Part shown: piece by piece, positions 9,061 through 19,696 of the stretch
Layout: each line of letters starts with the position of its first letter
Position numbering within the stretch: the stretch's first letter is position 1
Source: a virus
Length of the DNA: 64,000 nucleotides
Direction: 5' to 3' (one strand)
IMG/VR virus record: IMGVR_UViG_3300033145_001156
Coordinates: 32,001 to 96,000 of that record
Notes under the pieces: generated by a model
The model's input: the letters and a program-made list of their open reading frames with translations, nothing else
What the model was told of the DNA's origin: nothing
Database searches by the model: none
Program-made: the position numbers and the translations under genes

Positions 9061-10425
9061 ATGAAAATCTCTGAACTGGAGGAGGCGGTCATCGCGGCCT
9101 GCATGGCCGACCCGGAGGCGATGGCGGAGGCGGCGTCGAGCCTTCCGGAGGACAGGTTCGGGACTCACCAGGAGGTCTATTCGGCCATGCTGGAGATGTT
9201 CTTCGCCGGTGGCGGGATCGACCTGATAGGGCTGGCGAAGCAGATCGGGCCTGACCTGGACTCGGTCGGCGGGGTCCCGAAGCTGCGCTACCTCAAGCGG
9301 TCGATGGAGAGGCTGGACGTGAGGCCGGGCGGCTGGCGGAGCTGGATCAAGCTCGTGGGCGGGGCTGGCCAGTTGAGGCAGATGGCCCTGTTCGTGGATG
9401 GGTACCACGAGAAGCTGTCCGACCTCGACAGGGCGCTGATGGAGATACGGGACGTTGAGCAGTTCATGTCCGCGTTCTCGACCAAGTTCCAGGCGTCCCT
9501 GGGGGGTGACAGTGGCGGGCTTCGTCCGATAGGCGAGTTCGTCGAGGAGTGGAAGGGCATCATCGGCGACAAGCTGGCTGGGAAGGTCGTGGACAGGATC
9601 CCGACTGGCTGGCCGACGTTCGACTCGGTATTCGGGGGGTTCCCGATGCCGGGCCTGGTCATATTCGCGGGGCTGCCGGGGACCGGCAAGACTCAGTTCG
9701 CCATACAGGTCGCCGTGGACATCGCCCGGAGGATAAGGGACACGGGGCAGAAGGGCTGCGTGGGGATATTCTCGATAGAGATGAAGGGCAGCTCCTTGGT
9801 CAACAGGATCATCTGCGCGGACATGGGGCTGGACACGAGGAAGATCAATTCATGCCTGGAGGACTGGCGGGCATCCAGGCTGTACGAGGCGGGCGACGGG
9901 CTGGCCGCGCTGCCTTTGTACGTCGACCCTTCAGACATGGTGACTTCCGAGATGATCTCCTACCGGGCCGCCGCACTCCACATGAGGCACGGACCCTTGA
10001 GATTCCTGGTCATCGACTTCGCAGAGCTCATCGGAGACAAGCGCATGGAGTCTGAGGAGCTGAGGGTGTCTGGGATATACCGGAATGCGACCTCGCTGTC
10101 GAAGACACTCGACATGACCGTCATGCTGCTGGCGCAGTACAACCGGGGGGTCGCTGCGAGGGACACTAAGCTGGGGGGGAACTCCGACATACGGTACTCG
10201 TCCTTCGCGGAGATAACGGCGTCGATGATACTCCACGGCTACAACCCGGTGCAACTGCGAAAGATGGGGGTCAGCCTGAGGACGCCGAAGGACTATCCCG
10301 GCATAGAAGGTAGGGCATATGTGTTCTGCGGCAAGCATCGCGAGGGGCCGACAGGCATCATAGAGCTGGACTGGAACCCGAGTTCGACGTTCTGGTCGGA
10401 CCCGCAATCGGAGGGGGCATTTTGA
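9061..10425 (+). CDS. dnaB: DnaB-like replicative helicase
   Basis: IPTGWPTFD, Walker A GLPGTGKT, FSIEM, VIDF, LAQYNR and KHREGPTG motifs. Confidence 0.92.
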   Translation: MKISELEEAVIAACMADPEAMAEAASSLPEDRFGTHQEVYSAMLEMFFAGGGIDLIGLAKQIGPDLDSVGGVPKLRYLKRSMERLDVRPGGWRSWIKLVGGAGQLRQMALFVDGYHEKLSDLDRALMEIRDVEQFMSAFSTKFQASLGGDSGGLRPIGEFVEEWKGIIGDKLAGKVVDRIPTGWPTFDSVFGGFPMPGLVIFAGLPGTGKTQFAIQVAVDIARRIRDTGQKGCVGIFSIEMKGSSLVNRIICADMGLDTRKINSCLEDWRASRLYEAGDGLAALPLYVDPSDMVTSEMISYRAAALHMRHGPLRFLVIDFAELIGDKRMESEELRVSGIYRNATSLSKTLDMTVMLLAQYNRGVAARDTKLGGNSDIRYSSFAEITASMILHGYNPVQLRKMGVSLRTPKDYPGIEGRAYVFCGKHREGPTGIIELDWNPSSTFWSDPQSEGAF

Positions 10426-10925
10426 TGATCAAGGGAGAGTTCCATAACGTAGACATCAACTTGGGATACGAAAGGCTCGCGAAGGCTATCGTCGTGGGTG
10501 GGCTGCGAGGGTGGAATTACAAGTTCCTCGCCTCCGACTGGTGCTTGGACTTGTGCCTGATGGTGGACTGGGACAGGGACGAGCTGGTGCGGAAGCTGAG
10601 GAAGGTTGAGAAGCGGGAAGGGCCGTGCTGGTGGAAGCTGCGGCGGACATGCGATGACTGTGAGAAGCCGATAGCCGACTGGAACAAGTCTGGATACTGC
10701 AAACTTTGCGCAAAGTCTCACAGGAAGCGTAATGACCATAACTATGGCAGGGCCAGGATGTGTCTGAAGTGTGGTGGGCGAATAACCAATAACGCGAGAT
10801 TATGCAGGACGTGCGAGAACAAGAGGAGGAGAAGTGCTGGACTTGACGGTGGCGGACAGGCAGTTGGCGTTCACGAAAACTGTGTTGGGGAGGATGGAGG
10901 AGTTCGAACACAAGGACATAATTGA
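10422..10925 (+). CDS. Cys-rich (multi-CxxC) hypothetical protein
   Basis: Four CxxC pairs; coupled to the dnaB stop; contains a palindrome copy at 10704. Confidence 0.55.
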   Translation: MMIKGEFHNVDINLGYERLAKAIVVGGLRGWNYKFLASDWCLDLCLMVDWDRDELVRKLRKVEKREGPCWWKLRRTCDDCEKPIADWNKSGYCKLCAKSHRKRNDHNYGRARMCLKCGGRITNNARLCRTCENKRRRSAGLDGGGQAVGVHENCVGEDGGVRTQGHN

Positions 10926-11532
10926 GGCGACCAGGGTGCAATGCGGACTCCTGTCCGATTGGAAGACTGTCGAGCGGAAGGCCGCGTTGAACATGATGAT
11001 CGGCGTCTACACGCTGGATTTGTTGTGGCGGGAGCTGGGGAGCGATGACGTGTACTCGTTCTATGAGCAGGCTCCATGGTGTCCGATAGAAGAGTTCAAC
11101 TACTCGTTCGAGCAGTTCATGGACAGGGCCTTCGAGCTGGACTGGGCCACGGTGAGGAACTGGTGCAGGGTGGCGGACACGTGGCTCATCAATCCCCCCA
11201 TGATTGAGTTCAAGCCGGAGGAGGTAGAGCCTTCCAAGCTCTTGCTGTTCACAGCAAAGGAGCGCAAGGGGGAGATGACGGAGGAGGACTACGAGGTGCT
11301 GGGGAGCGGGTGCTCGTGGAGGAAGATGCGGCAGCACCTCTTGGTGAGCAGGCACGGGGAGAGCCCGATGAACGACAGGGTCATCATCCTGGACGGGGGG
11401 ATACTGTGGGCAAAGGACGGCAGGGGACCGAGGGTCGCGATAGGGAGTTTAGAAGTCGATGAAGAGGATGATCTTATAAGATGGGGGGTAGAGCGGATCG
11501 TTAAGGCGGCGGGTGTGAAGATAAGGGGATGA
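10834..11532 (+). CDS. Hypothetical protein
   Basis: 232-aa ORF with GGAGG RBS and high-GC3 codon usage. Confidence 0.65.
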   Translation: MLDLTVADRQLAFTKTVLGRMEEFEHKDIIEATRVQCGLLSDWKTVERKAALNMMIGVYTLDLLWRELGSDDVYSFYEQAPWCPIEEFNYSFEQFMDRAFELDWATVRNWCRVADTWLINPPMIEFKPEEVEPSKLLLFTAKERKGEMTEEDYEVLGSGCSWRKMRQHLLVSRHGESPMNDRVIILDGGILWAKDGRGPRVAIGSLEVDEEDDLIRWGVERIVKAAGVKIRG

Positions 11533-11800
11533 GACTGGGGCCATATCTTTTGGGATAGAGCGGACGAGGCTGGTTTTCATGGCTGTCTAAGGCCGCTAGG
11601 AACTATTCTCTTTGGAAAGTAGAGAGCTTGGAGAAGTTAGTTAGGTAATAAGTGTTAGTTTACGAGAGCAGCGGGACGTAGAAGGAAGGAGATGAAATAA
11701 TGTTGGAAGTGTTGGAAGTAGAGAGGTTTTTCCAGGTGGTTGGAATGTGCGTTGTGTTTGGTGGGCTGATTTGGGTTTTCGGGTCAGTCGTAGTTGATAT

Positions 11801-12109
11801 ATGGAGAGGCAAAGCATGACTCAGAAAGAAAGGACGGCGGACATGGGAGAAGAGGGTGTGAATCGGAAGTCGTTGAGGTTGTATGGTTATGAGGTGGCGA
11901 GAGACTATGGCATGCGGGTTAGATCATCATCTGATGCTGTGTATTTACACTTATGTGACATAGCCAACGACGACAAGCTATACGTGACGCGCATAACGTT
12001 GTTTAGGTTACAAGAGATCATTGCTGACGCGATGCAGCTATTCAAGCAGGCAGACGAGGTAGAAAAAGCACAAATAGCTGAACGAGAAGAGGTGAGTGTG
12101 CTAGAATAG
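11801..12109 (+). CDS. Hypothetical protein
   Basis: ORF in an AT-richer segment. Confidence 0.45.
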   Translation: MERQSMTQKERTADMGEEGVNRKSLRLYGYEVARDYGMRVRSSSDAVYLHLCDIANDDKLYVTRITLFRLQEIIADAMQLFKQADEVEKAQIAEREEVSVLE

Positions 12110-12162
12110 GTTGGTTAGGCGAACTGGTTAATTGGTTGACATTGACGATAAGCATGAATGGA

Positions 12163-12174
12163 CTTTGCGCAAAG
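12163..12174. repeat. Palindrome CTTTGCGCAAAG copy (intergenic)
   Basis: GGACTTTGCGCAAAGCGCA between ORFs ending at 12109 and starting at 12194. Confidence 0.9.
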
Positions 12175-12193
12175 CGCAAGAAGGGATTAAACC

Positions 12194-12526
12194 GTGAGGA
12201 TTGAGACTAGATTTATAAACCAGCTTTTGAATCAAATACAAAAGAGTAGATTCTATGATGGAAGCTATACTTACGTAGACCCTCTCTTATTGGTTCGTCA
12301 CAAGTTGGAATGCCTACGGGATGGCCGAGAGTGTAATCCTCTTAATGATTATGATGCCAGACTGTTGTTGAGGGCCATTAGGACAAATAGGGATCACGTT
12401 ATAGAACATGATCGGTCCGAAGCGATAGAAAAGCTGCTTGACAAGATGTACCAAATTTGTGTTCATGGTGAGTGGGCGCATCCTGGGGGAATCGTTGGCG
12501 ATCCCCGGGCGGAGGGCGCGGGTTGA
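12194..12526 (+). CDS. Hypothetical protein
   Basis: 110-aa ORF. Confidence 0.5.
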   Translation: MRIETRFINQLLNQIQKSRFYDGSYTYVDPLLLVRHKLECLRDGRECNPLNDYDARLLLRAIRTNRDHVIEHDRSEAIEKLLDKMYQICVHGEWAHPGGIVGDPRAEGAG

Positions 12527-12610
12527 GCCAGCATAAGTAGTGCATATGGTTCTAATCCGTTTTCTGCGAAGAGACTGGATGGAATACAGAAGAAGTTATT
12601 TGAGTAACCC

Positions 12611-12639
12611 TTGACAATTCGGGGTATTTGTATTATAAT
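12611..12639 (+). promoter_or_regulatory. Consensus sigma70-type promoter
   Basis: TTGACA(12611)-17 bp-TATAAT(12634), then AAGGAGGTG RBS and ATG at 12660. Confidence 0.85.
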
Positions 12640-12659
12640 TCAGGCAAGGAGGTGGAGAT

Positions 12660-12863
12660 ATGACTCACAAGGTGATATACAAGATGAACCTGAGGGGGGA
12701 CGGGCGATTGGTGGAGTTCCTTCAGCCCTTCCTGGCCAGTTACGTCGAGGAGAAGCTGACCCTGGGCAGGGCGAGGAAGTTCAAGTCTGCGCTGGAGATC
12801 ATCTTCGGAGACGCCGTGACCGTCCAGACGGCCAGCCTGCCGATCAGCATCAAGATTCTGTAA
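12660..12863 (+). CDS. Small hypothetical protein under its own strong promoter
   Basis: Perfect RBS and promoter. Confidence 0.7.
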   Translation: MTHKVIYKMNLRGDGRLVEFLQPFLASYVEEKLTLGRARKFKSALEIIFGDAVTVQTASLPISIKIL

Positions 12864-12873
12864 TGCTCTTCAC

Positions 12874-13179
12874 GTGAAAAAGTGGCAGAAGAGGATCTGG
12901 CAGGAGGTCATCGACCGGGATGAGGGGTTGTGCTTATACTGCGGAAGGCAGGGATGTCAGGTCCATCATGTCACGCCACGGTTGCGCTATGGTAAAGAGG
13001 GCAAGAGGAAGGGCGGCCCATTGTGGCAGTTGAAGAACATGTGCTGTGTGTGTTTCAGGTGCAACGTGGAGGCGCACACGAGGGGGATGAGGATCAGGGC
13101 CATGGAGATTCTGCACCAGCGATTCGAATATGACTACTCTGACGGGCCATGGGCGGAATATGGGGTGGGCGATGGATGA
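12874..13179 (+). CDS. HNH endonuclease
   Basis: RDEGLCLYCG...QVHHV..R...NMCCVCFRCNVEAH. Confidence 0.8.
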   Translation: MKKWQKRIWQEVIDRDEGLCLYCGRQGCQVHHVTPRLRYGKEGKRKGGPLWQLKNMCCVCFRCNVEAHTRGMRIRAMEILHQRFEYDYSDGPWAEYGVGDG

Positions 13180-13448
13180 CAAGGACTTCCGGGAGATTGA
13201 TGCTTATCTCATTTTCCAAAGGAAGTTAGCGGAGGAGACGGAGAATGCTGGCAAGATGGTGGCGGGGTTTTTCAACACCCTCGTTCAGCATGGCGTACCA
13301 GAACAATGGGCAGCATACATGACCTCATTCTACTTTTGGGCACTGACGCAGAAGGGGAAATGAGCGGAGACCGGTTCGACTTGGTTGGGGGCTTCCTGAT
13401 CTTGATGCTCGCAGTCGTGGTGGTGTTGGCGATATGGGGAGGTTGCAG

Positions 13449-13514
13449 ATGAGAGAACTGCCGATCTTGCTTAATGGCGAAATGGTACGGGCGACGATGG
13501 AGGGGCGCACTTGA
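13449..13514 (+). pseudogene. 21-codon 5' stub of the ASCH/PUA-like gene family
   Basis: MRELPILLNGEMVRATMEGRT* matches the N-termini of 14354 (IRELPVLMNSSM) and 5426 (ISILMNG..VRAT); it is cut off at the endonuclease promoter. Confidence 0.7.
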
Positions 13515-13539
13515 CAACTAGAGTAGTCTGTACTATACT
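13511..13539 (+). promoter_or_regulatory. sigma70-type promoter of the LAGLIDADG gene
   Basis: TTGACA(13511)-17 bp-TATACT(13534); GAGGAGG RBS before ATG 13578. Confidence 0.75.
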
Positions 13540-13577
13540 ATACCTGAGAATGTTTAGTCCATGAGGAGGTATAGGGC

Positions 13578-14369
13578 ATGATTAACTGGCAGGATAAGGA
13601 CTGGTCATATTTACTAGGCGTTATACATGGCGATGGATGTATCGCCCCGCGCAGCATAAATATTGCTGTAGGATATGGTGATCGGGACTACGCAGATGTG
13701 TTAATGTCTTTATGGGAATCGTTGGGATATTTTCCCAAGTTGTACCGCCCACGCTCTGCACTTAGGGTAAGCGTTCACAGCAAAGTGTTGCGTGATGAGA
13801 TAGCGCCATTCAAGCAGAAAGGTATTTGGTCATGGCCGGAAGGGTTGCAGGAGTCGGAATATCTTTCTGGGGTATTCGACTCTGATGGATGGGCATCTTT
13901 GGCGGGCGGTAGTAAGAAGATTGGTATTACACTCAAACGGAGCGGAAATCTTAAGAGACTAGCTGCCTACCTGGGTCATTTGGGAATTCCTAGAGTAACC
14001 GTTCAAAATAGAGTAACAAGCTATAAGGGTCGCCCCTACGAAATAGAGAGAATACTCATTTGTGATTCAGCAAGGATTGTTCAGCTCGGAGCCTTGTTGA
14101 ATTTTCGTAATGCTAGAAAGGCAGGCATGTTTGATGCGGTTTATCAACATGCTAAGAACTATTTGAATCGGGTCCCACTGTGGCGCGAGGTAGGATTATG
14201 GCTAATGGAAGAGTCTAGAGATTGGCGCGAAATTGCCAAGAAGTTTAATTTGTCGAAGGCTCAAGTTGATAGTGTCCTGCAGAACTTACGCCAGAACGCA
14301 GACGTTCAGACAACGCCCCAGGTAGTAATCTTGACGAAATACGAGGTGAGGGAGTGGCGAGACAAATAA
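13578..14369 (+). mobile_element. Free-standing LAGLIDADG homing endonuclease (two motifs, C-terminal HTH-like region)
   Basis: YLLGVIHGDG and YLSGVFDSDG motifs; lower GC than flanks. Confidence 0.85.
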
Positions 14370-14986
14370 GAGAACTTCCCGTGTTAATGAATAGCTCTAT
14401 GACTATAGCGACAATGGCCAGGACGAAGACGATGACTCGCAGGCCGATGAGGCCGCAGCCTGAACATGATGCGCGATACACTCACCAGCCCCAGCGGTTG
14501 GTTTGGAGGGCGCGTAGTGGATGGGAAGGCATCATGTGGGAGCCGTGGAAGCTAGGACATCCCCGGCCAGGATATGAGCACGTTGCCAAGCAGGGGCCAT
14601 ACGGAGTCCCCGGCGACTTCCTCTATGTGCGGGAGACGTGCCGGGCTGAGGAGCTTGAAAGCGGCCTCGACGGTATACGTTACTTGGCCGACAATGCCTT
14701 CATCGAAATCGAGGATAGTCTAGAAGCGGGCAAGCGCTGGAGCCAGATGTACCATTATCGAGGGGGCGAGGGGCTGACTATTCCCAGTATCCACATACCC
14801 AAGTGGGCCACACGGACGTGGCTGGTGAATACGGGCGTGGGAGTGGAGCGCGGGCCAGAGATCACGGAAGCCGATGCGAGGGCCGAGGGGTTCGAGAGCG
14901 CCGACGCGTTCATGATCTGGTGGGAGAATCAATACCCTGGAATGGACTGGCGGTTCGTGACTAGCTACGAGGTGATAGAGCGATGA
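14354..14986 (+). CDS. ASCH/PUA-like phage protein, paralog of 5426..6235
   Basis: KTMTRR, GDFLYVRET, PSIHIPKWATR and ITEADARAEG motifs. Confidence 0.75.
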   Translation: MARQIRELPVLMNSSMTIATMARTKTMTRRPMRPQPEHDARYTHQPQRLVWRARSGWEGIMWEPWKLGHPRPGYEHVAKQGPYGVPGDFLYVRETCRAEELESGLDGIRYLADNAFIEIEDSLEAGKRWSQMYHYRGGEGLTIPSIHIPKWATRTWLVNTGVGVERGPEITEADARAEGFESADAFMIWWENQYPGMDWRFVTSYEVIER

Positions 14987-15414
14987 GAGATGATCTTGGA
15001 CGTACGACATGGCCCGACAAGGTGCGAGCAGAGCGCGACAAATACGGGGAGTTCATCGAGCGGCTGGCGCGGACGGGACTAAAATGGCGACTTGACAATC
15101 CATCTTACTGGTACTGTCCGCACTGTGACGGCGGGGTAGTCCGTTCTGGCATAGGGCTCACCCACGAAGGCAACTGCCCCGTCGTCGAAGCTCGCCGTCT
15201 CTTGGGCTGGCCCGTGGATGAGCGGGGGAATCTGGAGTGATGATGACAATAAATGAATTCGTATGCAACGGGATCGACAGGCTCATGGCAGACGCGGCAG
15301 CGCAAGCATCTGAGTTCACGGATGCTAGCAGTGCGTTGGCAATAGCGTTCCTCGACGCGCCGGACACGTTGCGGAGGGCCTGGCATGACTGGCTAGTGAG
15401 CGAGGAGGAGAACG

Positions 15415-16382
15415 ATGAGTGAGCGAACAGCATCTGAGATTCGGACGTATTGTGAGGCGGCAAGCGAGGGGCCGTGGCACAAAAACGGATTCCTGCCGCA
15501 ACGGGCATATAACGGGGCTAGTCAATGTGTTCTCGTTGCTCCTGCACGAATCTTTGTTCGTAGCGAAGTAGCCATCGCCGAAGCAAACCTCGCATTTTGC
15601 GTCAACGCCCGCGTCGACCTGCCCCGCGTGTTGGAGGTAGCGGTGAAGCTGCGAGAGATGGCAGAGTTTGCTTGTGAGCTTGCCGACGACGATGTGGACT
15701 GGGATGCAGTGAACGTGTTGCTAGACGAAACTAGGTGGCTAGCGGAGGATACCGATGGAGATGAGTGAGCGGACGGCGGCACAAATCCGCGCGTACCTGG
15801 CAGAGGATATGAAGCTGCACAACTTCCTGGCATTGGTGGAAGTGGACATGCCGCGATTGCTGGAGGCGGCAGTGAAGTTGCGGGAGGCGCGATTGAGTGA
15901 TCGGCGTTGTATTATTGGCACTGCTTTCTATTCCCCGCTTTCTGAAGAGAAAATTGAGCGTCTGGCACAGCAAGATACCCTTTTGATCGAAACCGCATGG
16001 CTAGCAGAGGGGGATACTGATGGAGGCACCTGAGCGGATCTACTTGCAAGCGAGCATGACGGAAGAGGATGACGACTGGGATGACGAGGTTGGAGTGACT
16101 TGGTGCGTTGACAGGATCAATGATACCGATGTTGAATATGTGCGGCGGGACGTGGCGGCGAAGCTGAGGGCGGCGCTTGCGCACTATCGTCTCACGGTTT
16201 CGGCGTATCATGGCAAATGCGCGGATCTCTTTGCCGAAACCGCATGGCTGGCAGATTCACCGGAAGCGGCAGTTTCACTAAACGCTGAAAACGGAGAGGA
16301 GAGTGAAGGCCACGTGCTGGCAGATGGTAAGCTGCATGATGGCATATCGACGACGGGACAATGGGGGGAGGGTGAAGCGTGA
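15415..16382 (+). CDS. Three tandem related small genes (15415..15768, 15761..16033, 16020..16382)
   Basis: Shared modules MSERTA..IR.Y and VD[LM]PR.LE.AVKLRE (genes 1-2) and ET.WLA[ED] (all three). Confidence 0.6.
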
Positions 16383-17120
16383 CAGACTTGGAATCGGCAA
16401 TTTGGGGATTGGTGACAGAGAAGGAACTAAAAACGATCGGTGACCAGAAGCAGTTAGTGCGAGATATCGTAGCGCTATTCCCGCCGCAAAATCTGACACA
16501 TTACGCTCTTCGGGGTATCGTGGAGCAACTGCGGCTTTGCGGGTACGAATGTGAAGCTGGGCCGCTGATACTCAATACGGCATTTATAGCACTAGAGGAA
16601 TTGTCTCGCCAGGGAGGAGAGTGAAACGTGCACAAGTGGCTGACGGCAGAAGAGATTGAGTGTATGGAAGAGACCTTGGTAGGTTTGGAAGAGCGACTTA
16701 TCGCTGCTCCCCTTTTTGCGCCTGATATGCGACGTCTCATAGCCGACCGTCGAGAGACGCGGAAACTGCTTAGGCGCGTTGTGTTCGGAGATATATTCAT
16801 GGATTTGAGGCTAGCGCTAAGTGACATAAGCGATATGTTGGAGGCAACCGCCGATGACTAACTGGCAAAAGTGTCCTGATTGCGGTAAGGTTTGCGCGAA
16901 GCTAAGAATATGGGGTAACATCTTAGTTGGGTATTGTCTGGGCTGTGACCTCAAGTGGTGGGGTATGTTGGGTACGGAGCACCTGATAGGCAGGAAAGGC
17001 GGGAAGAAAGATGACTGACGCTGAAAAGATGCTTCTGAAGAAGCTACGCGTGCTCCTGGTGGAAATGATTCACTTGATTGACGCGCGGCTATCGATGGCA
17101 AGCGCCGGGGGGTAGCACAA

Positions 17121-17579
17121 ATGACTGATGCACAGATGCTCCAGACAATCACAACAATGCTGACAGGCCCACCTTCCAGCCTGGTGATAATCATGGCGAT
17201 TGGGGCGGCGGCGCGGTTGCATGGCCTAGACGGCTTGATGTACTACCGCCAGATATGGGCCGAATCCAGGTTCAATCCTGAAGCGGTCAACCCAAAGTCC
17301 GGCTGCCTTGGGCTGGGCCAGATGAATCCGAAGTTCTGGCCGGAGGCGACGACCGACGTGAAGGGCAATCTGAAATTGTCGGCAGGGTACATGGAGAACT
17401 TGTTGGAGCAATATGGGGGCAACTACGAAAAGGCACTGGCGGCATATAACTGGGGCCCTGCGAGAGTAGATTTTATGATTGACAAGTTCGCTGCTTATGG
17501 CGGCAGCTGGTATGCCGTCTTGCCCCAGGAGACGCAGAAGTACATCCGCTGGATCATGGAGGGGGATGGAGATGAGTGA
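17121..17579 (+). CDS. Lytic transglycosylase (SLT domain)
   Basis: AESRFNPEAV..SGCLGLGQM, ALAAYNWGP and ETQKYI motifs. Confidence 0.9.
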   Translation: MTDAQMLQTITTMLTGPPSSLVIIMAIGAAARLHGLDGLMYYRQIWAESRFNPEAVNPKSGCLGLGQMNPKFWPEATTDVKGNLKLSAGYMENLLEQYGGNYEKALAAYNWGPARVDFMIDKFAAYGGSWYAVLPQETQKYIRWIMEGDGDE

Positions 17580-18234
17580 ACTGATTGATATAGTCAGGTG
17601 TCACAGGTGCAACAACAGGGCTATCGTGGCGGGACTCTGCGCTGGGTGCGCCAGCAAGGAGATCAAGCGGCTGCGCGAATCACTACGAGGGGCGCAAGAT
17701 AACGTGACGCGCCAGATCGAGGCAGTCAAGGATGCGGAGAGGGAGATCAAGCGCTTGCGGAAGATTGAGGCGGCACTGTTATTGCCTTGGCAAGTGGATG
17801 TTGACCCCAGGAAGGCCGCGATCACCTGGTATCGGAAAATGGCTCTTTATTCTGCCGGCGGCGACGCTCTGAGGGCGCAACGGTTCGCCATGGCCGATGC
17901 GCTGGAGGGGAAACCATGACAGATGCACTTCAATTAGAGCTACTCAATGCGCGCATCAAAACACTGGAAGCCGAAAATGCGTTGCTAGGTGCTCAGCATG
18001 ATGCCTATGAAGATTTCATATGGGCCGTATTAGGTATGTTCAGCGGAAAGAATATGGAGGCTTTCAAGGTATGGGTTGCTAATGTTCTCAAGTCTATTGA
18101 TGCGTTGCCGAATAGCGATAAGATTAGAGAGGCATTGGAGGCGAGATGAGCAAGGGCGGGTGGTTCGTGGCGGCATGCGCACTGGGGGTCTTGGGGTACG
18201 CACTCGTGTCGTGCGGGCTGTGGACGCTGGTGCG

Positions 18235-18263
18235 TTGACTAGAGCGCCGTTTTGTGGTAGAAT
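18235..18263 (+). promoter_or_regulatory. sigma70-type promoter with extended -10
   Basis: TTGACT-17 bp-TAGAAT with TGn immediately before the -10. Confidence 0.6.
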
Positions 18264-18479
18264 TATGGGAGGGAAGGATGAAGCATTTCGTTGATGGGGA
18301 TCAGGTGGCGATCACGCTGGACGACTTTGTGGACTTGCAGCAATCGCCCGCCGTGTTCATTCCCGTGGACAGCGACGACGGGAGGGCCGTGATCGCTGGC
18401 GGGGTGGCGCAGTTGTCTGTGGGGCGGTTGAGCGAGATATTCAACGAATTGAGGACTTTGCGCGAAGCGCAGGAAGGGG

Positions 18480-18965
18480 ATGGAAATGGGCGGGCAGGTC
18501 TTGAAGGTTAGGCGGTACAAGGCGGGGTACGAGGTTCGGACGATACATCATCCAGAAGAAGATTGCGGCGTTCCCGGCGGGATGGAGATGAAGTCCGCCT
18601 TCACGCCGGAAGGGTACTACATCGGCAATTCCAAGGATGCATACCGATTGATAGTCAAGCGGGGCATCAAGCCGGAACCCATGAAGCCGGATCGTCCGGA
18701 GGCTAACGGGGGTTGGGGGCGGACGTGTTCCATCGGGTTCTGTGAGCGCGACCAGAAGTGGTTCGGCTGGTCACACAGGGCTATCTACGGGTTCGGAATT
18801 GGCGCTAAGGTAAAAGAGGGGGACTGTGCTGCGAGTTCGGGATGGACTGACGAGTGGTTGGCAGAGTATCCTGAAGATGACCTTAGCTTACCAGTCGGAT
18901 TTGTCGCTGAGTCATTAGCTGATTGTAAACGAATGGCGATAGCGTTTGCGGAAAGTGTATCCTAG
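18480..18965 (+). CDS. Hypothetical phage protein (KWFGWSHRA family)
   Basis: 161-aa ORF flanked by palindrome copies at 18456 and 18968. Confidence 0.65.
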   Translation: MEMGGQVLKVRRYKAGYEVRTIHHPEEDCGVPGGMEMKSAFTPEGYYIGNSKDAYRLIVKRGIKPEPMKPDRPEANGGWGRTCSIGFCERDQKWFGWSHRAIYGFGIGAKVKEGDCAASSGWTDEWLAEYPEDDLSLPVGFVAESLADCKRMAIAFAESVS

Positions 18966-18981
18966 GACTTTGCGCAAAGTC
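18966..18981. repeat. 16-bp perfect palindrome GACTTTGCGCAAAGTC
   Basis: Directly after the TAG at 18963-18965. Confidence 0.9.
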
Positions 18982-19696
18982 TGGGGGAGCGACGGTCGGG
19001 GTTCGCAGGCATGGGTTCGACATGGAGTGGGCGCACCACAGGCACGGGGTCCGGGTGGGTGATGAGAGGGTGTCGGAGTACGTCGAGGATGTGCTCAGGC
19101 AGGTGAAGAGGAGCGGCAACGGATTCGTGGGGACGGGCGACTTGGCGGTGTACGGGTATCTGGCTGACGAGGCTGATCTGTATGTGCTCGTCATCCTTCA
19201 CGGGGCGGAGAGCTACTGCCTGGAGATGACGGCAGAGGCGGTTCATGCGAGACTCGTGGATTCAATGCCCTGATTGCAAGGGCCTTGGCAAGATTGACGG
19301 GAAGAAGTGTCCGCGCTGCGGGGGGAAGTTCTGCGTGAAGAAAGAGGAGGATTGAATGGAGACGTTCAAGTGCTACGTGTGCAAGGTGGAGGTCGAGGGA
19401 GGATACCACGTGTTCATGGAGGCCCGGAGCGCCAGGGAGAAGGACAGGTTCAGGGACGTGTGCGAGAAGTGCGTGCCGGGGGCGACCGAGTTCGACAGGT
19501 GTCTCAGTCCTGAAACGATAAAACAGATGCATGGGGAGTATGCGTCTGGGATGGGTCCGAGGGAGATCGAGCTGAGGGAGATGTTCCGGGAGGCGATGAA
19601 GATACTCCCTGACAGGGTGAGGCACGGGATCTACGAGGCGTATTGGGAGAAGTGCGAGAGGGTGCTGGGATGACCTTGCAGCAAAGGGAGTGAAGC

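Noticed and set aside
12136-12165. TTGACA near the palindrome at 12163 as a promoter
   Set aside because: No acceptable -10 hexamer at 16-18 bp spacing.
17121-17579. SLT gene as part of a lysis cassette
   Set aside because: No adjacent holin or spanin is evident and it lies in the early/middle region; its role is left unassigned.
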